A stretch of DNA of 64,000 nt from Bugula neritina. Taxonomy: Eukaryota > Animalia > Bryozoa. Location of the stretch: assembly GCA_964035545.1 (NCBI GenBank), contig OZ037767.1:31884628-31948627 (forward strand). Direction: 5' to 3'. The translations under genes were made by a program, and so were the position numbers. The stretch's first letter is position 1, and every line of letters begins with the position of its first letter. The notes under the pieces were generated by a model, which did not search any database, was not told the DNA's origin, and saw only the letters and a list, made by a program, of their open reading frames with translations. Below, one piece after another: positions 13,001-26,530 of the stretch.

Positions 13001-14346
13001 TATAGACAAGTGGGAGGAAGTTAAATACTTTCACTATGTAGTCAGCACTGGGTGTAGGCAACAGGTGGGTCCTGATAACACTGAACAAATAGATAGCACG
13101 CAGTACTCTCATTGAGCATTGACCTGCCTATAAGAAGGAATACAATGCAATTACATATCACACAGATACATTTACATACATGTGATAATGACACAATGTA
13201 TTTAATACTCCATTTACAACCTTTATGCTCCACTACTCTACAATACCACTCACTCTCCCGTACATAATATGCTACATACAGTACCTTCTGGCTTAGCATC
13301 ACAGCTATACAATGACTCAGAAATATACTAGTTAACAGTCTAGCGGGATGTTGTGTAACATAAAATTGTTCTCCCCATTTACAACAAATTCTACGCTTAC
13401 ACTTCTGCGTCAGTTGATTAGAAAATTCAAATAAAGCTTAAATTACTTGCAAATTATTAGTAGAATATCTGTAGACTGCCTGTAGATTATTTGTAGAATA
13501 CCTGCAGATTATCTGTAGATTGTCTGTAGAATATATGTAGATTATTTGTAGACTACCTGTAGATTATCTGCGCACTACATGTAGACTACCTGTAGAAAGC
13601 AAATTAATACCAAATAAACAGATTCCACTCCAGTTTTAAAGTATATTGTATATAACTATTAGTGTACTTACTTTACTGTACAGTATATTGTATATAAATA
13701 ATATATTAGTGTACTTACTCTACTGTATAGTATATATATATTTAGTATTATCTTTATTTTACTGTTTCATAATTCACAGACCAACAAAATAAAAACTTCC
13801 CAGCAAATTGTGATGGAAAACTTATTATCTTACATAATAAATATAAAGTAATACTTTAATAATTGAATATTAGACTCAGATATTTTCTACAGGGTGCTAC
13901 TTGGCACGGCAATAACCTGAAACTTCCTTGTTGTAGGTATTGCAGTTTTAGGTTAATATCATATCAAAGCCACTGCCCAACTTTAACCAAAGTTAAAGAA
14001 AAAAGGCTATAATTTCAACTTTGCAACTCCATAATTATGTATTCTTAGAGTTCAATATCATAGAAGACTTGAATAGAAAAATAAAAAAAACATTGTTAGA
14101 AATTTGAGACCAGCTGATTCTACTCGACACAGAGTTATAATCTCTATTAACTCTATTAGCAAGGGGTTATTGTCTCTATACACATGCCAATTTCCAACCG
14201 ATCTAACAAGGAGTTGTCTGCCTTATGTACATAGTAATTGCATGTAAAAAGTCACCATTGAGATAAGACTATTGAGTTTAATCTTGAGTAGCGCTTTGTG
14301 TGATGATGTCATCATTACTGGTGTAGCATGCAGTGTGGTCAAATCA

Positions 14347-17300
14347 TTAATTCATACACATGACAGTAGAACCTATCTGACGCTCGGGCAGCGAGGTGAG
14401 CACAGAGTCAGCATCAGTAAACTGTACTGTCCTTGAAACATGAACTCTACAATACAGAGAACACAACTCCCAGTAGACATGACAGTATAGTGTACACAAC
14501 TCCCAGTACGCATGACAGTATAGTGTACACAACTCCAGTAAAACATGACAGTATAGTGAACACAACTCCAGTAAATAAACACATATAATTGCTAATGATG
14601 ACTGCATAGATTTCACAGAGCTATGGTAGGAAAGCAGAGTCCCAGCTATATAGCCTGATATCCACCACACACTCAACTATCCAGGTGGTGCGTAAGAACA
14701 TACTCTCTCAATAAAAAGACGTACTTGAGAAGGCCTGAGGCTAGTTTCTCCATCAGCTCACTCAGAATGTGCAAGTAGCGACCTTGCTGCGTGTGCGACA
14801 CTGTCCAGGCATTCTCAAACAGGAAGTGCACTGATGCGTTCCTCATTTGTAGCAACATGGAGTCGGGAGGGTCGAGCTGAAAGCAGAAGAAGTAGCATGT
14901 GACACCCAGTCAGCTCGCAGTGTGACACCCAGTCAGCTCGCAGTGTGACACCCAGTCAGCTCGCAGTGTGACACCCAGTCAGCTCGCAGTGTGACACCCA
15001 GTCAGCTTGCAGTGTGACACTCAGTCAGCTTGCAGTGTGACACCTAGTCAGCTTGCAGTGTGACACCCAGTCAGCTCACAGTGTGACACTCAGTCAGCTT
15101 GCAGTGTGACACCCAGTCAGCTTGCAGTGTGACACCCAGTCAGCTTGCAGTGTGACACCCAGTCAGCTTGCAGTGTGACACCTAGTCAGCTTGCAGTTTG
15201 ACACCTAGTCAGCTTGCAGTGTGACACCAGTCAGCTTGCAGTGTGACACTCAATCAGCTCGCATTGTGACACCCAGTCAGCTTGCAGTGTGACACCCAGT
15301 CAGCTTGCAGTGTGACACCCAGTCAGCTCGCAGTGTGACACCCAGTCAGCTTACAGTGTGACACCTAGTCAGCTCGCAGTGTGACACCCAGTCAGCTTAC
15401 AGTGTGACACCTAGTCAGCTTGCAGTGTGACACACTCTGAATACATGAGTTTGAGCAGAATATCAAGACGGAGCAACAACTCGAAGATATGTTACAACAG
15501 AGCAATAAGTTTAAATATCTCACGGGGTTAGCGATGCTACTGTGTCATTATTATAACAACAAGACTACCTGGAGGTTCATTTGTGATGTAATCCATCTAC
15601 CATTGACGGCTAGACAGGAAATGATGTCATGTTTAGAGGGCACGCCCACCACAGCGTCCTGTGTTTCATCGGTTACCATGTTGACTAAATATGATGATAA
15701 ATATTGTTAGATAACTGAAGTATTTCACTATATAGCATATTATATATATACATGTATACACAATAGCATGTTATTATATACAGTATGATATACACAATAA
15801 TATACAATATACACATATACAAGGGTGTGAGAGTTATCATCTCTTTGTTCAAGTTATGATGTCACAAACTTTATTGATGAGATGAAGAGTCAACATCTCT
15901 TAGTATTCACAGAGCATGAGCAGTAGATATATTAGCTTCACCTTAATATAGTATAGGATCTTACAGTAAACATAGTATAGACTAAGAACCTACCACCAGC
16001 ATCTATGATTATATTGGCACCCAGATGACCCGTCTCCTCCATAACACTGGATACCAGTGAGCAGTTTCTACTCCCCATGTCTATTATTTGAGCTGCAAAC
16101 AGCATGCTTAGCAATACAGAGAGTAGCGAGTATGTAATATAGAGTAGCGAGTATGTAATATAGAGAAGTGAATATGTAATATAGAGTAGTGAGTATGTAA
16201 TATAGAGTAGTGAGTATGTAATATAGAGTAGTGAGTATGTAATATAGAGTAGTGAGTATGTAATATAGAGTAGTGAGTATGTAATATAGAGTAGTGAGTA
16301 TGTAATATAGAGTAGTGAATATGTAATATAGAGTAGTGAGTATGTAATATAGAGTAGTGAATATGTAATATAGAGTAGTGAATATGTAATATAGAGTAGT
16401 GAGTATGTAATATAGAGTAGTGAATATGTAATACAGAGTAGTGAGTATGTAATATAGAGTAGTGAGTATGTAATATAGAGTAGTGAGTATGTAATATAGA
16501 GTAGTGAGTATGTAATATAGAGTAGTGAGTATGTAATATAGAGTAGTGAGTATGTAATATCGAGAAGTGAGTATGTAATATAGAGTAGTGAGTATGTAAT
16601 ATAGAGTAGTGAGTATGTAATATAGAGTAGTGAGTATGTAATATCGAGAAGTGAGTATGTAATATAGAGAAGTGAGTATGTAATATAGAGTAGTGAGTAT
16701 GTAATATAGAGTAGTGAGTATGTAATATCGAGAAGTGAGTATGTAATATAGAGTAGTGAGTATGTAATATAGAGTAGTGAGTATGTAATATAGAGTAGTG
16801 AGTATGTAATATAGAGTAGTGAGTATGTAATATAGAGTAGTGAGTATGTAATATAGAGTAGTGAGTATGTAATATAGAGTAGTGAGTATGTAATATAGAG
16901 TAGTGAGTATGTAATATAGAGTGGTGAGTATGTAATATAGAGTAGTGAATATGTAATATAGAGTAGTGAATATGTAATATAGAGTAGTGAGTATGTAATA
17001 TAGAGTAGTGAGTATGTAATATAGAGTAGTGAGTATGTAATATAGAGTAGTGAGTATGTAATATAGAGTAGTGAATATGTAATATAGAGTAGTGAGTATG
17101 TAATATAGAGTAGTGAGTATGTAATATAGAGTAGTGAATATGTAATATAGAGTAGTGAGTATGTAATATAGAGTAGTGAATATGTAATATAGAGTAGTGA
17201 ATATGTAATATAGAGTAGTGAGTATGTAATATAGAGTAGTGAATATGTAATACAGAGTAGTGAGTATGTAATATAGAGTAGTGAGTATGTAATACAGAGT

Positions 17301-20300
17301 AGTGAGTATGTAATATAGAGTAGTGAGTATGTAATATAGAGTAGTGAGTATGTAATATAGAGTAGTGAGTATGTAATATAGAGTAGTGAGTATGTAATAT
17401 AGAGTAGTGAGTATGTAATATAGAGTGGTGAGTATGTAATATAGAGTAGTGAATATGTAATATAGAGTAGTGAATATGTAATATAGAGTAGTGAGTATGT
17501 AATATAGAGTAGTGAGTATGTAGTATAGAGTAGTGAGTATGTAATATAGAGTAGTGAATATGTAATACAGAGAGTGTGAGTATGTAATATAGAGTAGTGA
17601 GTATGTAATATAGAGTAGTGAGTATGTAATATAGAGTAGTGAGTATGTAATATAGAGTAGTGAGTATGTAATACAGAGTAGTGAGTATGTAATATAGAGT
17701 AGTGAGTATGTAATATAGAGTAGTGAGTATGTAATATAGAGTAGTGAGTATGTAATATAGAGTAGTGAATATGTAATATAGAGTAGTGAGTATGTAATAC
17801 AGAGTAGTGAATATGTAATATAGAGTAGTGAGTATGTAATATAGAGAAGTGAGTATGTAATATAGAGTAGTGAATATGTAATATAGAGTAGTGAGTATGT
17901 AATATAGAGTAGTGAGTATGTAATATAGAGTAGTGAATATGTAATATAGAGTAGTGAGTATGTAATACAGAGTAGTGAATATGTAATATAGAGTAGTGAG
18001 TATGTAATACAGAGTAGTGAGTATATAATATAGAGAAGTGAGTATGTAATACAGAGTAGTGAGTATGTAATATAGAGTAGTGAACATGTAATATAGAGTA
18101 GTGAATATGTAATATAGAGTAGTGAGTATGTAATACAGAGAAGTGTGAGTATGTAATATAGAGAAGTGAGTATGTAATATAGAGTAGTGAATATGTAATA
18201 TAGAGTAGTGAATATGTAATATAGAGTAGTGAATATGTAATACAGAGAAGTGAGTATGTAATATAGAGTAGTGAGTATGTAATATAGAGTAGTGAGTATG
18301 TAATATAGAGTAGTGAGTATGTAATATAGAGTAGTGAGTATGTAATATAGAGTAGTGAATATGTAATATAGAGTAGTGAGTATGTAATATAGAGTAGTGA
18401 GTATGTAATATAGAGAAGTGAGTATGTAATATAGAGTAGTGAGTATGTAATATAGAGTAGTGAATATGTAATATAGAGTAGTGAGTATGTAATACAGAGT
18501 AGTGAATATGTAATATAGAGTAGTGAATGTGTAATATAGAGTAGTGAGTATGTAATATAGAGTAGTGAATATGTAATATAGAGTAGTGAATATGTAATAT
18601 AGAGCGGTGAATATGTAATATAGAGTAGTGAGTATGTAATATAGAGTAGTGAGTATGTAATATAGAGTAGTGAGTATGTAATATAGAGTAGTGAGTATGT
18701 AATATAGAGTAGTGAGTATGTAATACAGAGAAGTGAGTATGTAATATAGAGTAGTGAATATGTAATACAGAGTAGTGAGTATGTAATATAGAGTAGTGAG
18801 TATGTAATATAGAGTAGTGAGTATGTAATATAGAGAAGTGAGTATGTAATATAGAGTAGTGAGTATGTAATATAGAGAAGTGAGTATGTAATACAGAGTA
18901 GTGAATATGTAATATAGAGTAGTGAGTATGTAATATAGAGTAGTGAATATGTAATATAGAGTAGTGAGTATGTAATATAGAGTAGTGAGTATGTAATATA
19001 GAGTAGTGAATATGTAATATAGAGTAGTGAATATGTAATACAGAGAGTGTGAGTATGTAATATAGAGTAGTGAGTATGTAATATAGAGTAGTGAATATGT
19101 AATATAGAGTAGTGAGTATGTAATATAGGGAAGTGAATATGTAATATAGAGTAGTGAGTATGTAATATAGAGTAGTGAGTATGTAATACAGAGTAGTGAG
19201 TATGTAATATAGAGAAGTGAGTATGTAATATAGAGTAGTGAATATGTAATATAGAGTAGTGAGTATGTAATATAGAGTAGTGAATATGTAATATAGAGTA
19301 GTGAGTATGTAATATAGAGTAGTGAATATGTAATATAGAGTAGTGAGTATGTAATATAGAGTAGTGAGTATGTAATATAGAGTAGTGAATATGTAATATA
19401 GAGTAGTGAGTATGTAATATAGAGTAGTGAGTATGTAATATAGAGTAGTGAGTATGTAATATAGAGTAGTGAGTATGTAATATAGAGTAGTGAGTATGTA
19501 ATATAGAGTAGTGAATATGTAATATAGAGTAGTGAATATGTAATATAGAGTAGTGAATATGTAATATAGAGTAGTGAGTATGTAATATAGAGTAGTGAGT
19601 ATGTAATACAGAGTAGTGAGTATGTAATATAGAGAAGTGAGTATGTAATATAGAGTAGTGAGTATGTAATATAGAGTAGTGAGTATGTAATATAGAGTAG
19701 TGAATATGTAATATAGAGTAGTGAGTATGTAATATAGAGCGGTGAATATGTAATATAGAGTAGTGAATATGTAATATAGAGTAGTGAGTATGTAATATAG
19801 AGTAGTGAGTATGTAATATAGAGTAGTGAGTATGTAATATAGAGTAGTGAGTATGTAATATAGAGTAGTGAGTATGTAATATAGAGTAGTGAGTATGTAA
19901 TATAGAGTAGTGAATATGTAATATAGAGTAGTGAGTATGTAATATAGAGTAGTGAGTATGTAATATAGAGAAGTGAATATATAATATAAAGTAGTGAACA
20001 TGTGATATCTAAGTGTGATATAGAGTGTTTCATCATTTGGATTGCAAGTTGTGCTATGAATTAGAAAGGCCATGCTATTAACAAATTATTGATTTGATTG
20101 TATTTTGTCCATTACAAAGAACGAAAGAAGAAAGTTTAACTGTTTCCACCACAAGTTACCATTAGGCTGTGTACTAAGATTGTAGGAACCTGAAAGTAGG
20201 AAGAGGTACAAAACAAACTATTTATAGAATCAGAAACTCTGAGGCTAATGTCTAGAATACAGATCCTAGTATATATACAATACATATACTAGTATATATA

Positions 20301-23300
20301 CAATACATATCCCAGTATATATACAATACATATCCCAGTATATATACAATACATATAATAGTATATATACAATACATATACCAGTATATATACAATACAT
20401 ATACTAGTATATATACAATACATATCCCAGTATATATACAATACATATTCCAGTATATATTCAATACATATACTAGTATATATACAATACATATCCTAGT
20501 ATATATACAATACATATTCTAGTATATATACAACACATATACTAGTATATATACAATACATATACTAGTATATATACAATACATATACTAGTATATATAC
20601 AATACATATACTAGTATATATACAATACATATACTAGTATATATACAATACATATCCCAGTATATATACAATACATATTCCAGTATATATTCAATACATA
20701 CCAACATATGGATAATTCTTTTCTAAAAATCCTCTCTCCTCATTTCCACACACAGTAGTTATAATCTAGTAAAATATAAACAAATCGGAAATTTAGATTC
20801 ATTATTTAGTAGTTTCACTTTGCATCTAATGGTAGTTTCACTTTACATCTAATAGTACCTCACTTCACTCACACCAAGTAGGGACATACCTTGGCGCCCC
20901 ACGAATGTGCCAACTGTATAGCTGTAAGACCAAAGGCACTGGCAGCTGACATAATGAGTGCAGTTGCACCAGTGTGGACGGCTCCGTGGTACACTAGTGC
21001 CGTGTACGCTCTCACCCCCGGGCCAATACACGCTGCTGCCTCTGTGCTGCTCCTGGCTGCCGGCACTTTCACTGCGAGACAGCATTATACCCATATAATA
21101 GCAATGCTATGAGCTACAGACACATACAATAGCAGTGCTATGAGCTACAGACACATACCTATGTTCAGCTCACTGATATCACAATAGTCAGCACAAGCTG
21201 AGGCCTCTGACAGGGGAGACAACACACCGCATACGATGTCTCCCACAGATACCCGAGTAACAGCAGTTCCAACTTTCACCACTTGGCCGGACAGCTCAGT
21301 GCATGCTGGGAAGGTAAACTCACCACTTGCTGAGGAAAGGAACTTCAACATCTGCAGCGTAAAATAATTTCATTACAAAACAAATTATTAAAACTAAATA
21401 AAACATAAGATTTAAGACTTGTAGACGAAAATAGAACAAGATCTCTTGCTGGGCCTTCATCTGAGTCATCATTGAAGCTAAGGACAATATCTTAAATGAT
21501 TTCTGTTATGTAGTTCAGTTTTAAAACTAATGATTGAAAATTTTAGGTAGAATAAATGTTGCTAACTTTATGAAATATCTTTTATAGTGCTACAGTGTAA
21601 ACTGTTTATCTTTTGTAATCAAATATTGTGAGATGAAAGCCTTCTTTGCAGAATAATCACCGGCTTTCCATGTACCGATCTCAGATCTGAGTAATGTGCT
21701 CAGATCGATCGTTTTTCCATGAGCGTGTCAGATCGATCTCGTGAAGTTGCCTCTTCTTAAGTGAAGGATACTTTAAAAGTATAATTTGTTCACCTATTTG
21801 AGTGATTAAAGCTACCACTGTTGAAAACAAGATGGTAGTAGTCTAAAATTTAATCCCAGCTATAAACTATACGCAGCAAAGCTTTCAGTGTATGGTAATT
21901 TGGCCAATTTAAAATAATTAATTTTAATCTTTTAGCTTGACAGCTTATATAAAATTAATGGATGTGTTGCAGATTATTAATAAACTTACAGGACTGTTAG
22001 GCTTAAAATTACAAAAAAATAGCTAATGAAACTAAGTTTTGATAGTCATTTAAACTCAATTTAAATTTTCCCATTTTTTTTACCTTCTACTGCATATAAT
22101 TGAGTTTTCTTAATCATTGTACTGAAAGTCAAAGTTTTGGCATCTGAAAAAGTAGCTATCATGATTATTTATTACTTTGTTTAGTAATTATCAATAAGTT
22201 ATCATTTTTATTAGCAGACAACATTGTAGCGAGCAGTCTTTTTCTACTTCTCAGATCGATCTGGCGTCTTTCCATGGTCTTATTGACATCAGATCGATCT
22301 GAGTTCGAGCTCCACAGACCGACCAGCTCAGATCGACGGAGATCGATCTTTGGCGTCTTTCCATGGATCGATCTCCTTGAGATTGATCTGAGATCGGTAC
22401 ATGGAAAGCCGGTGAATGTATCTGTTCAGTATGACATCATAATTGACCCTGTGACCTGGCATTTGACCTTTACACTCTGCTCTCTCTATATACCAATAGT
22501 GATACACGGGCTTTCCATGTACCGATCTGAGCAATGTGCTCAGATCGATCATTTTTCCATGAAAGTGTCAGATCGATCTCTCGGAATTGCCTCCTCTTAG
22601 GTGAAGACTACTTTAATAGTATAATTTTTTCACCCACCTGAATGATAAAAGCTACTGCTGTTGAAAAACAAAATTTTCATAGTCTAAAATTAAACGTCAG
22701 CTATAAACTCTACGCAGTAAAGCTTTTAATAAGAAGTAATTTGGCCAATTTAAGATAATTGATTTTAATACTTTAGCTTGACAGCTTATATAAAATTAAT
22801 AGCTGTTGTGCAGCTTATTCATAAACTTATGGGACTATTAGGCTTAAGTTGCGTTTATACCTTCACGATTTTCGGTCAAAAATTCAATTTGGCCGGGTTG
22901 AAATTTCTCCGAGTTGCATTGCATTGTAAAAGCCACCCGTTGAAATTTTTGTACTGTGATAACTTAATCGGCCAATTTTAGAATAGGAGTAATAACTCCT
23001 TGTAAACATCGTTATTTAGTTATTACTTTGGCGATTAGACAACGTACTTATACAGTTATAATTATATAGCCTACGCCTTCTCAATTATCGCTTTTATGCT
23101 TTCCGTTTCACTAATTCACGACGTTTACAAAGGGCATCAAATAGCTATTATGCGAGTCAAATTTCAATTTCAGAAAGTGAGCAACCGCATCAATATGATT
23201 TCAACGAGTTTCAGCTTGACTATAAAGGGGTACCCGGACAAGCATTATTAACTTAAACTCGGTACTTTTTTCAGCAGAGGTATAAACGCAACTTTAAAAT

Positions 23301-24375
23301 TACGCAGCAAATAACTAATGACAGTGCGTTATACTAGTCGTTTAAATTCAATTTAAATGCTCTCACTTTTTGCATCTTCTACCGCCTATAATTTTACATA
23401 ATTAAGTTTTCTTAATCATTTTACAGGAAGTCAAAGTTTTGCCACTTAAAAAGGTGGATATCTTAATTATTAAGTACTTTGCTTAGTAATTAACATTAAG
23501 TGATCATTTTTATTAGCAGACGACATTTTAGCGAGCAGTCATTTTTCTACTTCTCGGATCGATCTTTCGTCTTTCCATGGTCTTATTGCCTTGAGATCGA
23601 TCTGAGTTCGAGCTCTACAGACCGACCAGCTCAGAACGACTGAGATCGATCTTTGACGTCTTTCCGTGGATCGATCTCAGCAAGATCGATCTGAGATAGG
23701 TACATGGAAAGCCGGTGATACTAGACAATGCTATCTCTACATCTACAACTATAAGTGAGTTAAGTTCACCTCTGTATTTGCATTCCTAACAGCTGCTGCC
23801 TGCACCTTCACTCTGACACTAGAATCTGCTATAGATGCATCTTTTTCTATCTGTGACCAGACAGTAGCAAATGTATCAGCATAATGCACAAATACATCAG
23901 CATAATGTACAAATGTATCAGCGTAATGTACTATTTGCAAACATATTTCTTATGGAACTTTTACCAACAGAAATTACACAGAATATAAGCAGACAATCTC
24001 AGAATAGTACCCACTATGTCACATGACTCAATACAGGGAATGTGACAGCTTAGCAGACGACTTACTCAATAACCAACATTAGTCTATAAAACTATCAACT
24101 CAACAGAACTAGTCCAAGCAATCTCTCAGGAAAAACCTCACTTAAAGTCATCCACAATGACAGAAAACTTTATCTCAGTCATACTTTACAAACTGAGCTT
24201 AATTGATAGCATCTGAGCTCAAATTGCAAAAAATAAGTAAATGCTCACAAAAAATGAAACAGAAAGATCACTGGTGGGTACGTGCAGAAATTAGTTGAGA
24301 ACATTAAAAGAAACTCACCTGAGATGTGTAGTATGTGATGTGGCCAGAGTCTAGTCTTCCTCGAACGCAAGTCAT
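14347..24375 (-). CDS. CRYZL1: Quinone oxidoreductase-like protein 1 (zeta-crystallin-like 1)
   Basis: Exons 24375-24319, 23850-23770, 21351-21159, 21071-20890, 20765-20702, 16092-15994, 15684-15569, 14876-14725, 14446-14347, all phase compatible. Motifs GVRAYTAL, AIQLAHSWGAK, MEETGHLG, HDIISCL..GRWIT..NLQLDPPDS and QQGRYLHIL..LMEKL are recognisably CRYZL1. Confidence 0.9.
14455..14575. repeat. ~33-bp minisatellite beside the last CRYZL1 acceptor
   Basis: AACTCCCAGTA..CATGACAGTATAGTGTACAC, 3-4 copies. Confidence 0.8.
14897..15435. repeat. 23-bp minisatellite GTGTGACACCCAGTCAGCTTGCA
   Basis: ~23 copies filling most of a CRYZL1 intron. Confidence 0.95.
16113..20025. repeat. 21-bp satellite GAGTATGTAATATAGAGTAGT
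   Basis: ~185 copies (3.9 kb) in a CRYZL1 intron. Confidence 0.97.
20265..20700. repeat. 23-bp minisatellite TAGTATATATACAATACATATAC
   Basis: ~19 copies starting at the donor of exon 20765-20702. Confidence 0.92.
21658..22414. mobile_element. Non-autonomous TIR element (CMC/CACTA-like MITE), copy 1
   Basis: TIR CACCGGCTTTCCATGTACCGATCTCAGATC with its reverse complement at 22385-22414; 3-bp TSD AAT; many subterminal GATC(GATC) motifs. Confidence 0.85.
22505..23717. mobile_element. Same MITE family, copy 2, with nested insertion
   Basis: CACGGGCTTTCCATGTACC...GGTACATGGAAAGCCGGTG; 3-bp TSD ATA; colinear with copy 1 except for a ~450-bp insert. Confidence 0.85.
22848..23293. mobile_element. 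Nested TTAA-target MITE (Kolobok-like AG..CT ends)
   Basis: TIRs (A)GTTGCGTTTATACCT / AGGTATAAACGCAACT flanked by TTAA; copy 1 shows the empty site GGCTTAAAATTAC. Confidence 0.8.
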
Positions 24376-25174
24376 TATTACAACAATTTTCTTAGCCAGT
24401 TTATGTAGGCGTAAATACAAAGTCTAAAATTTGAGTGCTCAAAATACAGCTAACACAATATAAATACAGGAAAGAATGACATTTCAAAAAAATATGTTTT
24501 GATACCAAAGTTCTATTCAAAATTCAAATCATAGCTGTTACAGTTACATGGTAGGCTATTCCCAAACTTGATCAACTAACTAATATATGCTAAAATAGAA
24601 AACTGCAGTCATAGAGTGGGTTCAGTTTTAAATAAGAATATTGTATTCATGCTAAAAGTTAAAAAATCTAGCAAATACGTTAACATTATTAGAATTATAC
24701 AATAAATAAATTTACTGAGCCTTTACTGAACTATAAGTTAATTAGTTTAGTAGCACAAAACTACTTATTTCACAATCAACTGTAATCATAATGATTATGA
24801 TGCTTATAAACGTGAAACTGAAATGCAATTTCCATTTATTTTTCAAATGAGATTCAAGAGCAGGCACTGGTAGTGTCAGTTTCACTCACTGCGAGTCATT
24901 CAGTCGCACACTGTCGGTGTGCGAGGTAGGTGCAGTAGCCGTAGGTGCAGGTGTGAGTGACACTGAGAGTGAGTATCACCAAGCACTTGCACTTACATTG
25001 CTGATTACATTTAATATTTATATTAAATTTAATACTCATATTCGTATTGATACTGATATTCACATTCTGATTCTCATATTTCATATAGACATTTATATTC
25101 ATATTGAGTATGGTCTATTGACATTGACCATTGCCGTTGTAACTGACATTCTACTTCTGATTCACACTAACAGT

Positions 25175-25323
25175 CTCACTCACAGTGAGTGTCAGTGTGA
25201 CACTCACAGTCAGTGTCAGTGTGACACTGACTGTGAGTGTCAGTGTGACACTCACAGTCAGTGTCAGTGTGACACTCAGTCAGTGTCAGTGTGACACTCA
25301 CAGTCAGTGTCACACTGACACTG
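25175..25323. repeat. CAGTGTCAGTGTGACACTCA-type repeat with fold-back segments
   Basis: Tandem and inverted GTGTCA/TGACAC motifs. Confidence 0.75.
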
Positions 25324-25765
25324 CTTTAATATTGAGAAGAGTTTCATGAAAATTGATATTAAAACAATGAGCTAACTTCATCATGTTTAAAAAACAATTA
25401 GCCTATTAACAACGTTATTAATAAACCATCAAAAAATGTTAACAAACTGTTATTTATATTCATATCGATATCCATAACCATAATAACAGTAGGCGTAAGC
25501 ACTCAACTCGAGTGAACCATGTTTGATTCACTCAACGCTAAGTTCTGAATGCAAAGTACTTTTGTTATAGGAAGATTTATTATACGTTCCCGTACAGTGA
25601 AGTCAATGCGCGTCTAACGCTAACACTACTATAGGATTGTCTTTGCTACATAAACTAGTGATTGAGAAGACAATACCAGTTTTTTCTATAGTACAGTAGA
25701 ACAAATCAAAATAATATATTATTATGTTTAAATATCGGCTGGCTCAACAACTCAACTTGATTTTA

Positions 25766-26132
<367 letters not shown>

Positions 26133-26530
26133 CTCTCTCTCTCTTACCAGCAAAGTTTAAAATGTTAATCAGGCTTTGAGACGCTGATTACAAAAATATC
26201 GAGTGTATAAAAATATTATAACGTTACAACAACCATCATATATAATGGCTTAGAGAGCATTTAATTGAAAATGACAGCGAGTAGGCTGGAATACTTAGGG
26301 AATCCTTTGTTTGGGATTTCCCCAATGACATCCAACCTTCTTTTAATGTGTACTTTATTTGCACTATGCATTTGCATAGCCACTTGTTGAAGCATTTCCG
26401 GCTTTTCTATAAGACCATATCGCGTGATTTTAAATTTAGAACATTTTTTAAAGCTGCCTTGAAATTGATATTCATGTTATTTGCCACCGTACCTAATTTT
26501 ACGCCAACTTATAAACTTAGACAATAAACT

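Noticed and set aside
16068-20073. 1322-aa and 1321-aa ORFs
   Set aside because: Translations of a stop-free 21-bp satellite inside a CRYZL1 intron; open in several frames
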